A stretch of 64,000 nt of DNA from Paraspadella gotoi (GCA_051294375.1 CM119268.1:15921528-15985527); one strand, 5' to 3'. Positions 39,635 through 54,260 are shown, numbered from the stretch's first letter. The notes: generated by a model from the letters alone, not told the origin. A program made the numbers and translations.

Positions 39635-41336
39635 CTCCTTCCCCCTCTTTCGGGGTCGTTTTATAGACTTTCCGTCCCTCGCTAGACCCGGGAGCAGAGA
39701 GAGAGAGATCTTGAGCTGAAAGGAGAAACTATTAATGTTTAACTTAAGTAAAATGAGGGTATGATTCTCGGGGATTGGCCGGCGGGGACGGGCGACGACG
39801 ACGACGACGACGACGACAACGATATGAAAAAAATCGTGTTCGTTTGGTTTGAAACAATTCAAGAGACCAACGTGCAAACGCATTTCGGAGGACCGGGGCC
39901 AAGAAGGCGGAGTAAAAAGAGGGAGAGGGAGAGGTTAGAGGAAGGGGTGAGGGAGAGAAAGAGAGGCGGAGAAACCTTGGAGACGGAGACAGGTTATGAG
40001 ACGAGAGAGAAGGAGAGAGGGGGCTGTGTGTGTTCAGTAAAACAAGATATATAAGAGCGAAAGAGGCGGAAGTTTGAGAGAGAAGAAGAAGAAGAAGAAA
40101 AGGAAGAAGATAAATAGAAAAGAAGCGACTTAATATGAGGGTTTGAGTCCAACGCGGTTCGGAGACTCGAAGAGAGTTCGGGTGATCGAGGGGGGAGGGG
40201 GGAGGAGGGGGGAGGGGGGCTTTCGGTCGATGAGAAGAATTTCGCCTACGATTTTTTTAAAAAACTGACACAAAAAAATTGAAGACAAGAATCGAGTTTA
40301 GACCATGAGCTGATTTTTTTTTCCGATGGGAAAACGGGAGGGAAGTGGGCGCAGCGGAACTGTTGGAGGTTGGAGTATCCCAAGAGGTGATGAGGGAGGA
40401 CGATATGAGGAGGGGTCCGATGCTCGTGAGAGTAAACCCGAAAGTAAAAACTTCCTCGAGACAAAAAACGATTTTCAAAATCGAAGAGTTAATGACTTTT
40501 TTTCAAAGTTTATTGCGACTCGCTTCTGGTCTTCGAATCTTAACGGAGAAAAAGACGACGACGACGACGACGACGACGAAAAACAATGAAGTCGACGAGG
40601 TCAAATTTCGACGAAAGTCCACGAAACAAAAAAAAATGACAACATCAAGTGTAGTTTCCGATGACGATGGTCAGAGAATTTGATTATAACTTTATAATGT
40701 AGACATTGACATCTATCGCAGATGACGATGACAAAGAGGAAGACAGCAAAGACAAAAAATGACAATGACGATATCAAAGACGTGGACAGAAAAGACCGAC
40801 CCTGACGATGACAATGGCAAAGACGATGACGATGACGACGAAGCCAAGTCAAATTTACGCCACCGAAATTCGTTTTCGTGGGACACAAAACAAACAGTGA
40901 CGAGTCATAAAAGCTCTACGTATGATTCTGGGGTCAATCTTCAAACAACGATGGCAAACATGTACGACTAATGAAGACAAGGACGATCCGACGCGCGGGG
41001 ATTCATCTCTGCATTACGCTGAAAAAAATGACGACGACGACGACGACTAAAACGAAATCATCGAAAACGTTTTACTAGTTCATATCCTTTGTTCATCTCC
41101 TTTCGAGAAAATAAACGCGAACTCCGTATCTTAATAAACGATGGTTTACTTTCAGAAGAAAAGACTTCTCAATTGTTTAGTCTTCGGGCGAAAAGACAAA
41201 GCGGCCTACTTTTTTTCATAAACGAAAATATCTTCGGAAGGAACCACTAAATAAAGCGCAACAGGACAAATCAAAATAGAGAAGGCGAAAAAGACGACGT
41301 CATATTAATGATTGAGAGGGAGAGATTGTCTGTCTG

Positions 41337-41391
<55 letters not shown>

Positions 41392-41514
41392 CTCTCTCTT
41401 CTTCTCTCTCTCTCTTTCTCTCTTTCAGCAAGCAAAGCAAAAATTCTTGGTTCCGACAAAAATTGACGAAAGGAGGACTAATTGGCAATGTAGAAATACT
41501 TATCAAGCCGGAAA

Positions 41515-41549
<35 letters not shown>

Positions 41550-41554
41550 CTCCT

Positions 41555-41603
<49 letters not shown>

Positions 41604-42773
41604 CCTGAATCTTGAGCGGCGAAGTGACCGCAACGTTGCCTTCAATGGTGGACGAGGTCATCGACGAAAGAACGACGAGACGGAGTTCATCATAAGCAGC
41701 GGGGAGAGTGTTCGGGTGTTCGGGGTGGTGGGGATGGGGGGGGTGTTCCGAGACGCTGCTTGGCTAGGGACGGGTTGTGCCCGAAGGTTTGTACGGGAGC
41801 GCGATTTCGATTACGCCGCCCACGAGGGTATATTTTTATTTTTTATTCGATTAGTTGTTATCAGTTTTGGAATCTGGAATCGTTGATCGTGGATTGATAC
41901 CAAAAAAAAAAGAATTTCGTTGTTGAGGTCGCAAAAAAAATGGCTGTCGGTTACTCAGAGTCAACACACTTTTTCAGTAAAATGGTTATCGATCGGGTGA
42001 AGAAGTCGATTGCATATTGTGTGGTCGGGTGCGAGAAGGAGAAAAAAAAAACACGAAAACTCGGGAGGAAAAGATAGGAGAGAGAGACGACGAAATAAGT
42101 TGTGAGGGAAGAGAACGAAAAAATAAATTTGAAAATGGGATCAAGACTTGTCGCGTTGTTGTTGTTGTTGTTGTTGTTGATGGGGTTGATGGATGATTAT
42201 TTTTTTTTTCAAGTTAATGAGTTGGAGAAAAAAAAATCTTATATTTTGCCTAAGATGAATCCTGGGTTGAATCGTTGCTGTTTTTTTTGTTTGTTTATTT
42301 GTTTTTTTTTTTTTCAAGAAAACTTTTTTTCAGTTTCGCTCGTTTTGTTTTTTCAAAGATCGAAACGTCTATCACATTGGACACTTTGGGAAGATGAGAC
42401 GGAGAGAGAGAGAGAGCGAGAGAGCGAGAGATTTATTTTAATTCTTCGAAATCGTGGAAATTTTTAATAAGGCAGCCGATGACTCGGCTCGAATTTCCTT
42501 TCGCTGCGCATCGTCGAAGAAGTTTCGATCATAATTGAAGTGGTAGTTTCGATCCAACTGAAATTTAAAAAGAAAAAAGGAATTAATTAGATAATTCAAT
42601 TTTAAATTAAAAAAAAAGATGAAAAAAAACAAAAACTGAGAGTTTACGAGAAAATTTTAGATTTTAATTGTTCCGTAAGTCTTTTTAAAATCATTTCAAG
42701 TCGGGATTCTTTGACTTCGTCCTCCTTAGACGACTGGAGCGCGAATAGAAGAGAAGGATACGAGGTCGGAAAT

Positions 42774-42859
<86 letters not shown>

Positions 42860-42880
42860 CGTCGTGGAATCGGAAATAGA

Positions 42881-42948
<68 letters not shown>

Positions 42949-43152
42949 GAGAGAAGAGAGAGAGAGAGCCGAATGCGGAAGCTTAAAGAAAGGGGACAAT
43001 GAGGACGGCCGTCTCAACGCACGGCCTGCCGCCGCGACGACGACGACGAAGACGAGACACGAAGACGACGACGACGACGGTTTCGACGACGAGGAAAACG
43101 CGAGAGTGAAACAAGAGAAAATTTCTATAACTGAAAGAACACGCTCTGGTCG

Positions 43153-43239
<87 letters not shown>

Positions 43240-43552
43240 AGCAAAAAGACGACGACGATGAGGACGACGATGAAGAAACACGGCGGAGGAGGAGGAAGAG
43301 GAGGAGAAGTGGGAGATTGCCGGAAGAAGAAGAAGAGGAGAGAAAAGTTTTATGTTCTCTCTCTCTCTCTCCCTCCCTCTTTCCCTTTCCATTCGGAGGA
43401 TATATTTTTTTTCCTTTCTGTCTCTCTCTCACTCTCACTCTCTCTGTCTCTATTTCCTTCTCTTCTCTTCTTAGACGATTTCGTCTTCGAGGAGAAGAAG
43501 AGGGAAGAAAATCCAGCGCGAGGACGCCGGTCGCTGGAATCGTGAGGAGCGG

Positions 43553-43583
<31 letters not shown>

Positions 43584-45924
43584 AAAAGAAAGAGGAGGGA
43601 AGTCAAGAAAAGCGGGGAAGAAGAAGAGCAAGACGTCTCCTTCTCTCTCGGATGCTTCAAGGCCCCGAAAACTTTAGGATTTCTTAGGAGAAAAACTTGG
43701 CCGGCGTCGTCGGCGTTCGCGCCGTTCTCGGGGAGTCGGCGCCGGCGCCGTTCCTCGGTTTTTCGCGCGTCTCGCGAATTTCGCGTCTTTCGGCGCCCAT
43801 TTTCTTTTTTGCGTCACCATACGACGCGTTGCTATGGATCCGTTGCGAAGGAGATGGAATCTTGAGCAATGGGTTCCAATCCTGATTGACAAATTCATTT
43901 AAGGCCGCTTGGTGGTGATTTGCCCAACACAGATTACGGACTCTGGTTTAATTTCAGGGGTTAATATTAAATATTAGGAGAATTATAGTTTTCGTTGGAC
44001 ATACCAAACTGGAGTACGCTAAACGAAACTCATGGTCTAATTTCCACAAAAAAACTTTTTTTTTCTATATTGCGCTAACAAAATTTAAGCAGATTTTAAA
44101 AGTAGTCTCCTGAAAATTAAAAAAAAATTGTCGCTATCTTCGCTATCTTCCAGTAAATTTGCGAAGTATCAATTTGCAATGGCTGAGACCAACTACTTTT
44201 CGGTACCAGACACAGATTCTACCCTCTTTCGCCATGCCACGCAACCTCTTCCCTGAACTACAGCACGAGATTTATAATATTTTACCTCATTAAAACCGTC
44301 TTTTATTACATTACCCGAAATACTCTTTCTAAATTTAAAAAGATAAACGCTTGTAAAATCTAATTAGGAGGAAGTTTGGTTCAGCGTTAATTGTGTCTTA
44401 AGCACCCAATTTGGTCGAAGGGCCTTCTTCGAGTAGAAATACTATTCTTTGCCCCTTTATTCTTTTTGGTTTAAATACTTATGTACTCATGTACGTACGA
44501 CCAATCAAAACAAAAATGATCAATTCATTTAACAAACGAGCTTACTTGCATCCTTAACTTGGACCGGTTATGTTGGATTAACGCCCGCATTATAATCAGA
44601 AGATAATAACGCCGACAAGCTATTCAAGACAATCAAAAACAGTACTTGGTTTTATTTTTACTTTTCAATGCGAAATTTAGCTGTTATAGACTTTCTCTCT
44701 CTCTCTCTGGTTACTCTTGAAAAAAATAATTTCGAAATTCAATCTTATTTTCTTACGTGATTTAATAGGAAGACGTAAGTTTTTTTCAAGTTTTCACACC
44801 AAGCAGTTGTCCGAGTCTACAGGCGATTTTTTATGCCTATCAATCAATCAGAACCCAGAAGAATCCATGTTTGGGTCAAAGGCGAAGATCTTAGAACACG
44901 CTTTACCTTCAAAGGCAAATATCTTTAAAATGCTTTAGGACGAGTGCACTCAAAAAAAAAAAAAAAAAAAAATCAAGAACTCCGCCACAAACCGGGATGT
45001 CAATTTCTCGCCACTTTTATCTGGTTTGGGTCAATAGGTATTTATTCAATTTCTCTTGCTGTTTTTTCGGCAGAATTATAAGGTAGTTAACTTTATGAAA
45101 TTACCAAACGTTCTTGCAATTACTTGTACCGGCTTTGATATCATATATCAACTTCTAATACTTCTCCCCAATCTATAAGGGTTTTTTTTTTTCATCGTTA
45201 AAAATTTACAGCCGGTATGAGTCATTTTCCGTATTGAATTAAGAAAAACATCGGTCAATTGTAATAATCACGAGTTGGACATTAACTTTTGATATCAATT
45301 ATATTCATAAAATTGAAAAAATCACAATAATTAGCCATGTCATTTTTTTATTGTTAAAAGTTGTATTGTCAAAATATCTTAAGCTTTTTCCATTCCGTAG
45401 CATTATTCAAGCGTTAATATTCCGAAACGACGAAAAGCAACGCGATAATCCCATATTGCAACTGCAAGAAAAAACAATCGGCTTGTAATCCCCGTTGCGA
45501 GAGCCATCTAAATCCTGGGGACGACGTAAGAAATCCTTCGACTTTCTTAAGAAAATCTACAAGAAAATATGTCTTTTGTTCGAAATTCATCTATCTCTTT
45601 CAAAAAACTTTTTAGAGAGGTCGCCGAAGATTGTTATGCAACGTAATGAAAACAAAAGGTTCTCAGGTTAGTCGTTTCGGTCAAATTTAAAAAAAAAACA
45701 ATAAAATCGTTTTAAAGATGATGTGATCTTTAAAAAAACCCATTTAAAGTGTTATAAGTATATTTTGATTTAATGAGCAACACAGAGTACATGCACGTAC
45801 ATGTCCGTAATATATTATTGTAAGTTACTACAAGAGAAGGTCAAATTAGTTAATAATTATAAACTACCGAGATTTTGAGCTACGATTTTAAATAAAACAT
45901 CAAACATTTTTCGGGTATCAACGC

Positions 45925-46014
45925 CTACAATCGTAATTGCTTGAGGACGGCTTCCACGCTTGAAGTTAAAGACCTGAGAGTTTTCTCCAAGTCTCCAATT
46001 CGATCCGTTAAAAC
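45925..46014 (-). CDS. PKD2: PKD2-like last coding exon, coiled coil ([29 protein letters not shown])
   Basis: Acceptor TTTGGTCAG. 90 nt ending in TAG. Matches PKD2 [23 protein letters not shown]. Confidence 0.82.
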   Translation of the reverse strand, partial: VLTDRIGDLEKTLRSLTSSVEAVLKQLRL

Positions 46015-46962
46015 CTGACCAAAGCAGATAAAAAAAAGTTTTTAAATAAACAAATAAAATATGCGTTCCATTTTTTCTCCAAAACAAGATTTTTATGATA
46101 TAAACTTTTTAAAAAAACCACTTTGATTTCACAAAGATATCGGTCTCGCCTTAAACTCCTCATCCGTCACTGGTTTCATCAATTCTTCTTCCTCGTCTTT
46201 GAACCGAATTCTTCCTCTGGAAGATCCGGGCGCTGATTCGCCGCTGCCGCCGCCGCTGCTGCCGCCTTCGCCAGCGTCCCCAGCGTCGCCAAGTTCGCCG
46301 TAGACGTATCTGAGCAACATAAATAAAAGTTCTCCAACAGTTGTGCAACAGTTCTGCAAGACACCGCGACAGCAACAGCAACAAACGAGGAGAGCAACAA
46401 CAAGAACAAAAAGGACAGCAACAGCAAAAAACGAAGAGAGCAACAGCAAGAGCAAAGAGGACAGAAACAGCAAAAAAACAGCAAGAGCAAAGACGGGAAC
46501 AACAGCTACAAACGAGGAGAGCAACAGCAAGAGCAAAGACGACAGCAACAGCAAGAAAGGACGACGTCAACGCCATCTCACTCGCTCGTCTGAAGATAAG
46601 ACGTAATCTCCGGCTCTGAAAATCCCAATCGCCGCAGATGAAGGCGAAGACTTTCCGAGTCGTCGGGGTCTTCGGCCGAAGCGCGGAACTCCTCCACAGC
46701 CGTCTGTATGTCCGGCGGCGGAGCGGCGGAGCGGCGGAAATTGGGAAGGCGGACGCTGGCGGGTGGTTGATAGTGGGTGGTGCCGTGGTGGGGGGAAAGG
46801 AAGGTGGCGATTAGGGAGAAAAGTTTTGAGAGCAGCGTTTTCTTTTCTTTTCTTTTCTTTTCTTTTCTTTTCTTTTCTTTTCTTTTCTTTTCTTTTCTTT
46901 TCTTTTCTTTTCTTTTCTTTTCTTTTCTTTTCTTTTTTTCTTTTTTTCTTTTTTTCTTTTTT

Positions 46963-47005
<43 letters not shown>

Positions 47006-48412
47006 CACTGTTCCGCTAAATAAGTGGGCAAATCGAAGTCAACCATCGAAGCCGGATCTTCCGCCACATCCTGCTTCACCTCGGAGTAGTGATCGCTGTG
47101 AGATTAAATCCGGCAAGAAAGTAATTAAAATAATCAGCAAAATTAGAATTGTTATCATCAAAATATTTATCATTGATATCACTATCGTCATACTCATAGT
47201 CTTTATTATTTGCATTATCATCATCAACATCATTTTAATCATCATTTTAATTATCAGTATCGTTATCACCTTGAAAACATCACCATACACCATCGTCATA
47301 AAAAAATCAGTATTATAATTCTCATCATCATCAGCCTTAAAAACGGCACAATCGTTATGATAGATAGATGATAGATTCGTCATAATCATCATCATCATCA
47401 CCATCATCATCAACATCAACCATCCTCACCATATGATGGCGATGAACATGTTCATCAAAACGAAGAAAATAAAGAAGATGAAGGAGAAGAAGTAAAGCGG
47501 AGCCAAGACTCTGTGGACGACCTCGATGGAGGAATAGTCGAAGTCTCCCAGGATGAGACGGAGCTGAGTGAAGAAGGTGTCGCCGATGTTGGCGAACTCT
47601 TCCACGCTGTGGCCGAAGACGAGGTAGGCCAGTTGGCAAAATGCCATGAAGATGATGAAGAACATGATGAAGAATCCCCCGAGATCCTAAGGAGGGAAAT
47701 TGGGAGTGGGAAGACTGGAAGAGGGATCGTTGATTTGGCGACTTTCTTTGTTGGGGATTGAATCAACTTGCTGAGGCCAACGAGCCATCTGGGATTGAAT
47801 CAGCTTGCAGTGGCCAACTGGCCATCTTTCTGTTACATATTTCGTGGAAACAGAAAAAAAGAAAGATCTTCCTGAAAATAAGAGGCTTCCACTATCGTTA
47901 TCACATACTATCACGTACTTTCCCTGAAGCCCATTTCCTTACCTCAAACGAACGCTTAATCCTGAATTTTAAACTAAAAGCCTCAAAAGTGACTCACCTT
48001 GGACGATCTCTTGAGGGTGACGGCCAACGTGCTGATCATCGGATGAAAAGAAACGAATTTGAAAAACTTGACCCAAGAAACGAGAATGAGGAAAGCGAGG
48101 CAAGTGTCGAAAGCCTCCACCGCTTGGGCGATGCCCTGAATGTCTGAACGTTAAATTGTAAAAAAAATAATGACATGTTAGTTTAGTAATTAGAAATAGA
48201 CGTCGAGACGTCGACGTTAAAACAGGAAGTGATTGACCGATTGATTGATTTATTAATATATTGATTGAATGGAATGTATGTGGCTAGACCCGGGGCGGTG
48301 CCAGAGCGCCGCNNNNNNNNNNNNNNNNNNNNNNNNNNNNNNNNNNNNNNNNNNNNNNNNNNNNNNNNNNNNNNNNNNNNNNNNNNNNNNNNNNNNNNNN
48401 NNNNNNNNNNNN

Positions 48413-48448
<36 letters not shown>

Positions 48449-51400
48449 TTCCGACCTCGTATCCTTCTCTTCTATTCGCGCTCCAGTCGTCTAAGGAGGA
48501 CGAAGTCAAGAAATCCCGACTTGAAATGATTTTAAAAAAGACTTACGAACAATTAAAATCTAAAATTTTCTCGTAAACTCTCACGTTTTTGGTTTTTTCA
48601 TCTTTTTTTTTTAATTTAAAATTGAATTATCTAATTAATTCCTTTTTCTTTTTAAATTTCAGTTGGATCGAAACTACCACTTCAATTATGATCGAAACTT
48701 CTTCGACGATGCGCAGCGAAAGGAAATTCGAGCCGAGTCATCGGCTGCCTTATTAAAAATTTCCACGATTTCGAAGAATTAAAATAAAAATCTCTCGCTC
48801 TCTCGCTCTCTCTCTCTCTCCGTCTCATCTTCCCAAAGTGTCCAATGTGATAGACGTTTCGATCTTTGATAAAAACAAAACGAGCGAAACTGAAAAAAAG
48901 TTTTCTTGAAAAAAAAAAAAACAAATAAACAAACAAAAAAAACAGCAACGATTCAACCCAGGATTCATCTTAGGCAAAATATAAGATTTTTTTTTTCTCC
49001 AACTCATTAACTTGAAAAAAAAAATAATCATCCATCAACCCCATCAACAACAACAACAACAACAACAACGCGACAAGTCTTGGATCCCATTTTCAAATTT
49101 ATTTTTTCGTTCTCTTCCCCTCACAACTTATTTCGTCGTCTCTCTCTCTATCTTTTCCTCCCGAGTTTTCGTGTTTTTTTTTTCTCCTTCTCGCACCCGC
49201 ACACACAATATGCAAATCGACTTCTTCACCCGATTCGATTAACCATTTTACTGAAAAAGTGTGTTGACTCTGAGTAACCGACAGCCATTTTTTTTGCGAC
49301 CTCAACAACGAAATTCTTTTTTTTTTGGTATCAATCCACGATCAACGATTCCAGATTCCAAAACTGATAACAACTAATCGAATAAAAAAATAAAAATATA
49401 CCCTCGTGGGCGGCGTAATCGAAATCGCGCTCCCGTACAAACCTTCCGGGCACAACCCGTCCCTAGCCAAGCAGCGTCTCGGAACACCCCCCCATCCCCA
49501 ACCACCCCCGAACACCCCCCAAACTCTCCCCCGCTGCTTATGATGAACTCCGTCTCGTCGTTCTCTTCGTCGATGACTCGTCCTCCACCATTTGAAGGCA
49601 ACGTTGCGCGTTCACTTCGCCGCAATCAAGATTCAGGTGGGAGAGAGAGAGAGGAGCGAGAGACGAGGAGAGAGAGATGAGAGAGAGACGAGAGAGGAAG
49701 AGATGATTGAGAGAGAGAGAGAGAGAGTTTCCGGTTGATAAGTATTTTCTTACATTGCCAATTAGTCGCTCCTTTTCGCTCAATTTGTCGGAACCAAGAA
49801 TTTTTGCTTTGCTTGCCCTGAAGAGAGACAAGAAGAGAGAGAGAGAGAGAACAGGAGAGGAGAGAGAGACGAGCGAGCGAGAGAAGAGAGAGAGAGAGAG
49901 AGGAAAGAGATTGATGAGAGAGAGAGAGAGAGGACAGACAGACAATCTCTCCCTCTCAATCATTAATATGACGTCGTCTTTTTCGCCTTCTCTATTTTGA
50001 TTTGTCCTGTTGCCCGCTTTATTAGTGGTTCCTTCCGAAGATATTTCGTTTATTTGAAAAAAAAGTAGGCCTGCTTGTCTTTTTCGCCCGAAAAGACTAA
50101 ACAATTGAGAAGCTTTTCTTCTGAAAGTAAACCTTCGGTATTAAGATACGAGTTCAGGTTTATTTTCTCGAAAGGAGATGAACAAAGGATATGCAACTAG
50201 TAAACGTTTTCGATGATTTCGTTTTAGTCGTCGTCGTCGTCGTCATTTTTTTCTGCGCTAATGCAGAGATGAATCCCCGCGCGTCGGATCGTTCCTTGTC
50301 TTCATTAGTCCGTACATGTTTGCCCATCGTTGTTTGTAAGATTGACCCCAGAATCATACGCTTAGAGCTTTTATGACTCGTCACTGTTTGTTTTGCTGCC
50401 CACGAAAACGAATTTCGGTGGCTGTTAAATTTGACTTGGCTTCGTCGTTCATCGTCATCGTCTTTGCCATTGTTCATCGTCAGGGTCGGTTCTTTTCTGT
50501 CCACGTCTTTTTGATTATCGTCATTTGTCACCATTTTTTTGTCTTTGCTGTCTTGCCTCTTTGTCATCGTATCATCTGCGATAGATGTCAATGTCTTACA
50601 TTATAAAGTTATAAATTCAAATTCTCTGCACCATCGTCATCTCCGGAAACTACACTGATGTTGTCATTTTTTTGTTCGTGGACTTTCGTCGAAATTTGAC
50701 CCTCGTCGACTTCATTGTTTTTCGTTCGTCGTCGTCGTCGTTGTCGTCTTTTCTCCGTTAAGATTTCGAAGACAGATATGCGTAGTCGGCAATCAAACTT
50801 TGAAAAAAGTCATTAACTCTTCGATTTTGAAAATCTGTTTTTTCGAGGAAGTTTCACTTTCGGTTCTCGATCGCCCTCTATCGTCCTCTCATCACCCCAA
50901 CCCCAACACCCGCCCCAACTCCCCCCCCCCAAAAAAAAAAATCAGCTCATGCGTCTCAACTCGATTTCTTGTCTTCAATTTTTTTTGTCAGGTTTTTAAA
51001 AAAAATCGTAGGCGAAATTCTTCTCATCGACCCGAAAGCCCCCCTCCCCCCCCCTCCTCCCCCCCTCCCCCCCCTCGTATCACCCCGAACTTCGCTTCGA
51101 GTCTCCGAACCCGCGGTTGGACTCAAACCCTCATTTTAAGTCGCCATTCTTCTATTACTTCTTCTCCTTTTCTTCTTCTTCTTCTTCTTCTTCTCAAACT
51201 TTCCGCCTCTTCGCCTCTTTATATATCGTTTTACTGCCAACCACAGCCCCTCCTCTCTCTCTCTTCTCTCTCTCTCTCTCATAACCTGTCTCCGTCTCAC
51301 AAGGTTTCTCGCCTCTCTTTCTCTCCCTCACCCTCTCCCTCACACCTCTCCCTCTTCCCTCTTTTCCCGCCTCTTTTGGCCCCCGGCGGTCCTCGAAATA

Positions 51401-51451
51401 TTGCGTTTGCACGTTGGTCTCTTGAATGTTTCAAAACGAACACGATTTTCA

Positions 51452-51486
<35 letters not shown>

Positions 51487-52942
51487 CCGTCCCCGCCGGC
51501 CAATTCCCCGAGAATTATACCCTCATTTTACTTAAGTTAAACATTAATAGTTTCTCCTTTTCAGCTCAAGTCTCCTCTCTTCTGCTCCCGGTCTAGTGAT
51601 GGGGACGGAAAGTCTATAAAAACGATCCCCGAAAGAAGGCGGGAAGCGAGAAAGAAGAGAAGAACGACGAGACGAGAGAGAGGAGAGAGACGGAGAGAAG
51701 AGGAGATGACGAAGAGAGAGAGGGAGGAGAGAGAGAGAGGAGAAGAGGGCCTTAAGAAAGAAATCAAGAAGAATTTTAGGGAAATGGTGAGGGAAGGGGA
51801 AGCAAGTCTTATGGAAAGTAAAAACATAATAAGAGCCATTCCTACAGCCGAATAAAAAAGGGTAAGAAATTAAAAAATGGGACGGAAAAGATTATAGGGG
51901 CAAAGAGCAGAAACTCTTGCTTAGGAAAAAGTTACAAAGAAGTGAGGACCAGCGATCGAGAGACAGAGTGAAATCCACAGCGAGAGACCCGAGAGCGAGA
52001 GAGGGAGCGAGAGAGAAGAGGAGAGAGAGAAAAGGGGATCAGAAAATCCATATCCTTTCTCCTCAATCATTCATTATCTGCTTTGTCTACCATGGGGCGA
52101 AAACGACAAGGAGCTCCTACTCTCTCTCTCTCTACTCTCTCTCTCTCTCTCTCTCTCTTCTTCTCTTCTCTCTCTCTCTCTCCTCTTCTCTCTCATTCGC
52201 TCACTCTCTTATGTTTTTCGTTTAATTGTAAGAACAGAGGAAAAAGTTTAATTTAAACGTTTAAAAACTGTGGTCCACGCGTCGCGAGGAAGAGGAAAGC
52301 CGTGGGTTCGCCCGGAGGGGGTGGTTAAGACAAGTGGGATTCGGGGGTAGCGGGGGTGAATGACAAGGAGGGAGCGGGTAGTGAAGACGACTTGGGAAAA
52401 GGGGGGATAGCGTCAGAAGACGAAAGCCGAAGGGTGTCGACTGAAGACTGAAAGCCTCACGCGTTTAATTCAGTTTTCGCAGACCAAAGATTGCCTTTTT
52501 TTCCCGACACCCTCGATTTAGAAGGTGGCAATAACAATTTGAGTTCAATAGACTTCGACGTTTGCCCGGGATTTGAACCGGTTCAATTTTCCTTTTTAGC
52601 CTTACCCAAGGTTTTTTTTTGTCATTTTACTACCCATCTTTTAAAGAAGGTTGCTTCTAACGCTTTAGGAAGTTTTGTATTTTCTCGTTAAATATTTTTG
52701 TTTTCAAATTCCCTTTCACTTTTGATCTCGTCTTTCGTGGGTAAGTTTTTTTTCCGGTTTTATAACTTCATAACAAAATGTGCCGGAATTATTGCTTTTT
52801 TTTTATTCTTTCATCCTTAATTTCATGAAATTTTCCAATCTAGCCCAATTTTTTAATTTTTGCTTCTGTTCGAAATCAGCGACTTTTCTTTTCACTTTTC
52901 CCCGGCATCATTAAAGACGTATTTTTGGTTGATGGCAAACTC

Positions 52943-52974
<32 letters not shown>

Positions 52975-53205
52975 CAGAGAGAGAGAGAGAGAGAGAGAGA
53001 AGAGAGGAGAGAGGAAGAGAAGAGAGAGAGAGAGAGTCCAAAAAAAATATGAAACAATTTTATTTGTTTCATTTTTTTTTTTAAATTTTTCTCCTTTTTT
53101 TGTATAAATCTTATAAATCTTGATGTCTTCTCTTTTTTTTGTTCAATTTCCTCTAACACTTTCTCTTCCACCCCTTTCGCTCATTCCTTCCTCCTTTCTT
53201 CCTCT

Positions 53206-53253
<48 letters not shown>

Positions 53254-54260
53254 CTTCTTCTTTTTCTCGGTAGCGAAACTTTTGCGTTTTTCAAAATTTT
53301 CGAGATTTTCGATCTTTTGAATCTCAAGTGAATCTCCAGAGGACACGATCCTCCTCCTTCTCCTCCTCCTCCTTCGTCCTCAACCTTCTCCTCGATTCCC
53401 TTTCTTAGCTCCTCCTCTTTCTCCTCATCCCTCCTTTTTCTTCTTCCTCCTCCTCTTCCTCCAAGATCTTGCAGAACAACCCTGGGCCGAAATACCCGAT
53501 TCTTTGCTTTCCCCCGATTTTACGCCTTTTTTTTCGGAAATCAAATTTTTGCTGTGATTTTTTTTTTTCTTGGTGTGTTGACTCTCTTTCTTTTTCGTTT
53601 TCGCTCGCTCTCGCTCTCTTCTCTCTTTCGAGGAGATCACGAGAAAATTACCATTGGATCGAAATTCGTCGGGAATTTTAAAAACGATATGAATATGGAT
53701 TGTGACCCGCAAATTGAAGAAGAAAGAAACAAATTAAAACTTAAGAGACAAAATGTTGATTTATGAACCTCTTTCATCAGAAAGTCGCGTCTCTCGAACC
53801 GATCGAAAAAATCGCTTCTTTTGGGGTACTTTGTAAGATCCATGAAAAGAATCTATAAATAACTTTGTGAACTTCAATTTCGAATTTTAACTAATTTTAA
53901 AAAAATCAAAGTTAAATAAGAATAAGATTTGTTCAGAGTTTCTTGATCAATTTTTATAATTTTTAATTAATATCCGTTCAGGTCCACCACTCCTCAAACG
54001 AACCGCTCTCCCTAGTCACTTCTCCTTCGCGACCCTTCCCCCTCTGTGGTCCGCAGCGCCAATCAGGACACGCCCACTTCCGCAGCGTCAATCAGGACAC
54101 TTTTCCTACTTTCTGGAGCGCCTGTCGGGGGAATCCCTCATTAGCCCAACTTTCTCGCCAACGGACAGTCGCCCATTGCCGTCCACGCCGTTGAACGGCC
54201 GACGGAATGAAAGGTGAGCCAGCCATCTGTGTCTCTCTCCTCTCTCTCTCTTCTCTCTCT

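Noticed and set aside
42752-42762. Further RTATCCTT motifs (minus ~42760 and ~39180; plus ~9769 and ~41082)
   Set aside because: An 8-mer is expected a few times by chance, and none follows a recognisable exon.
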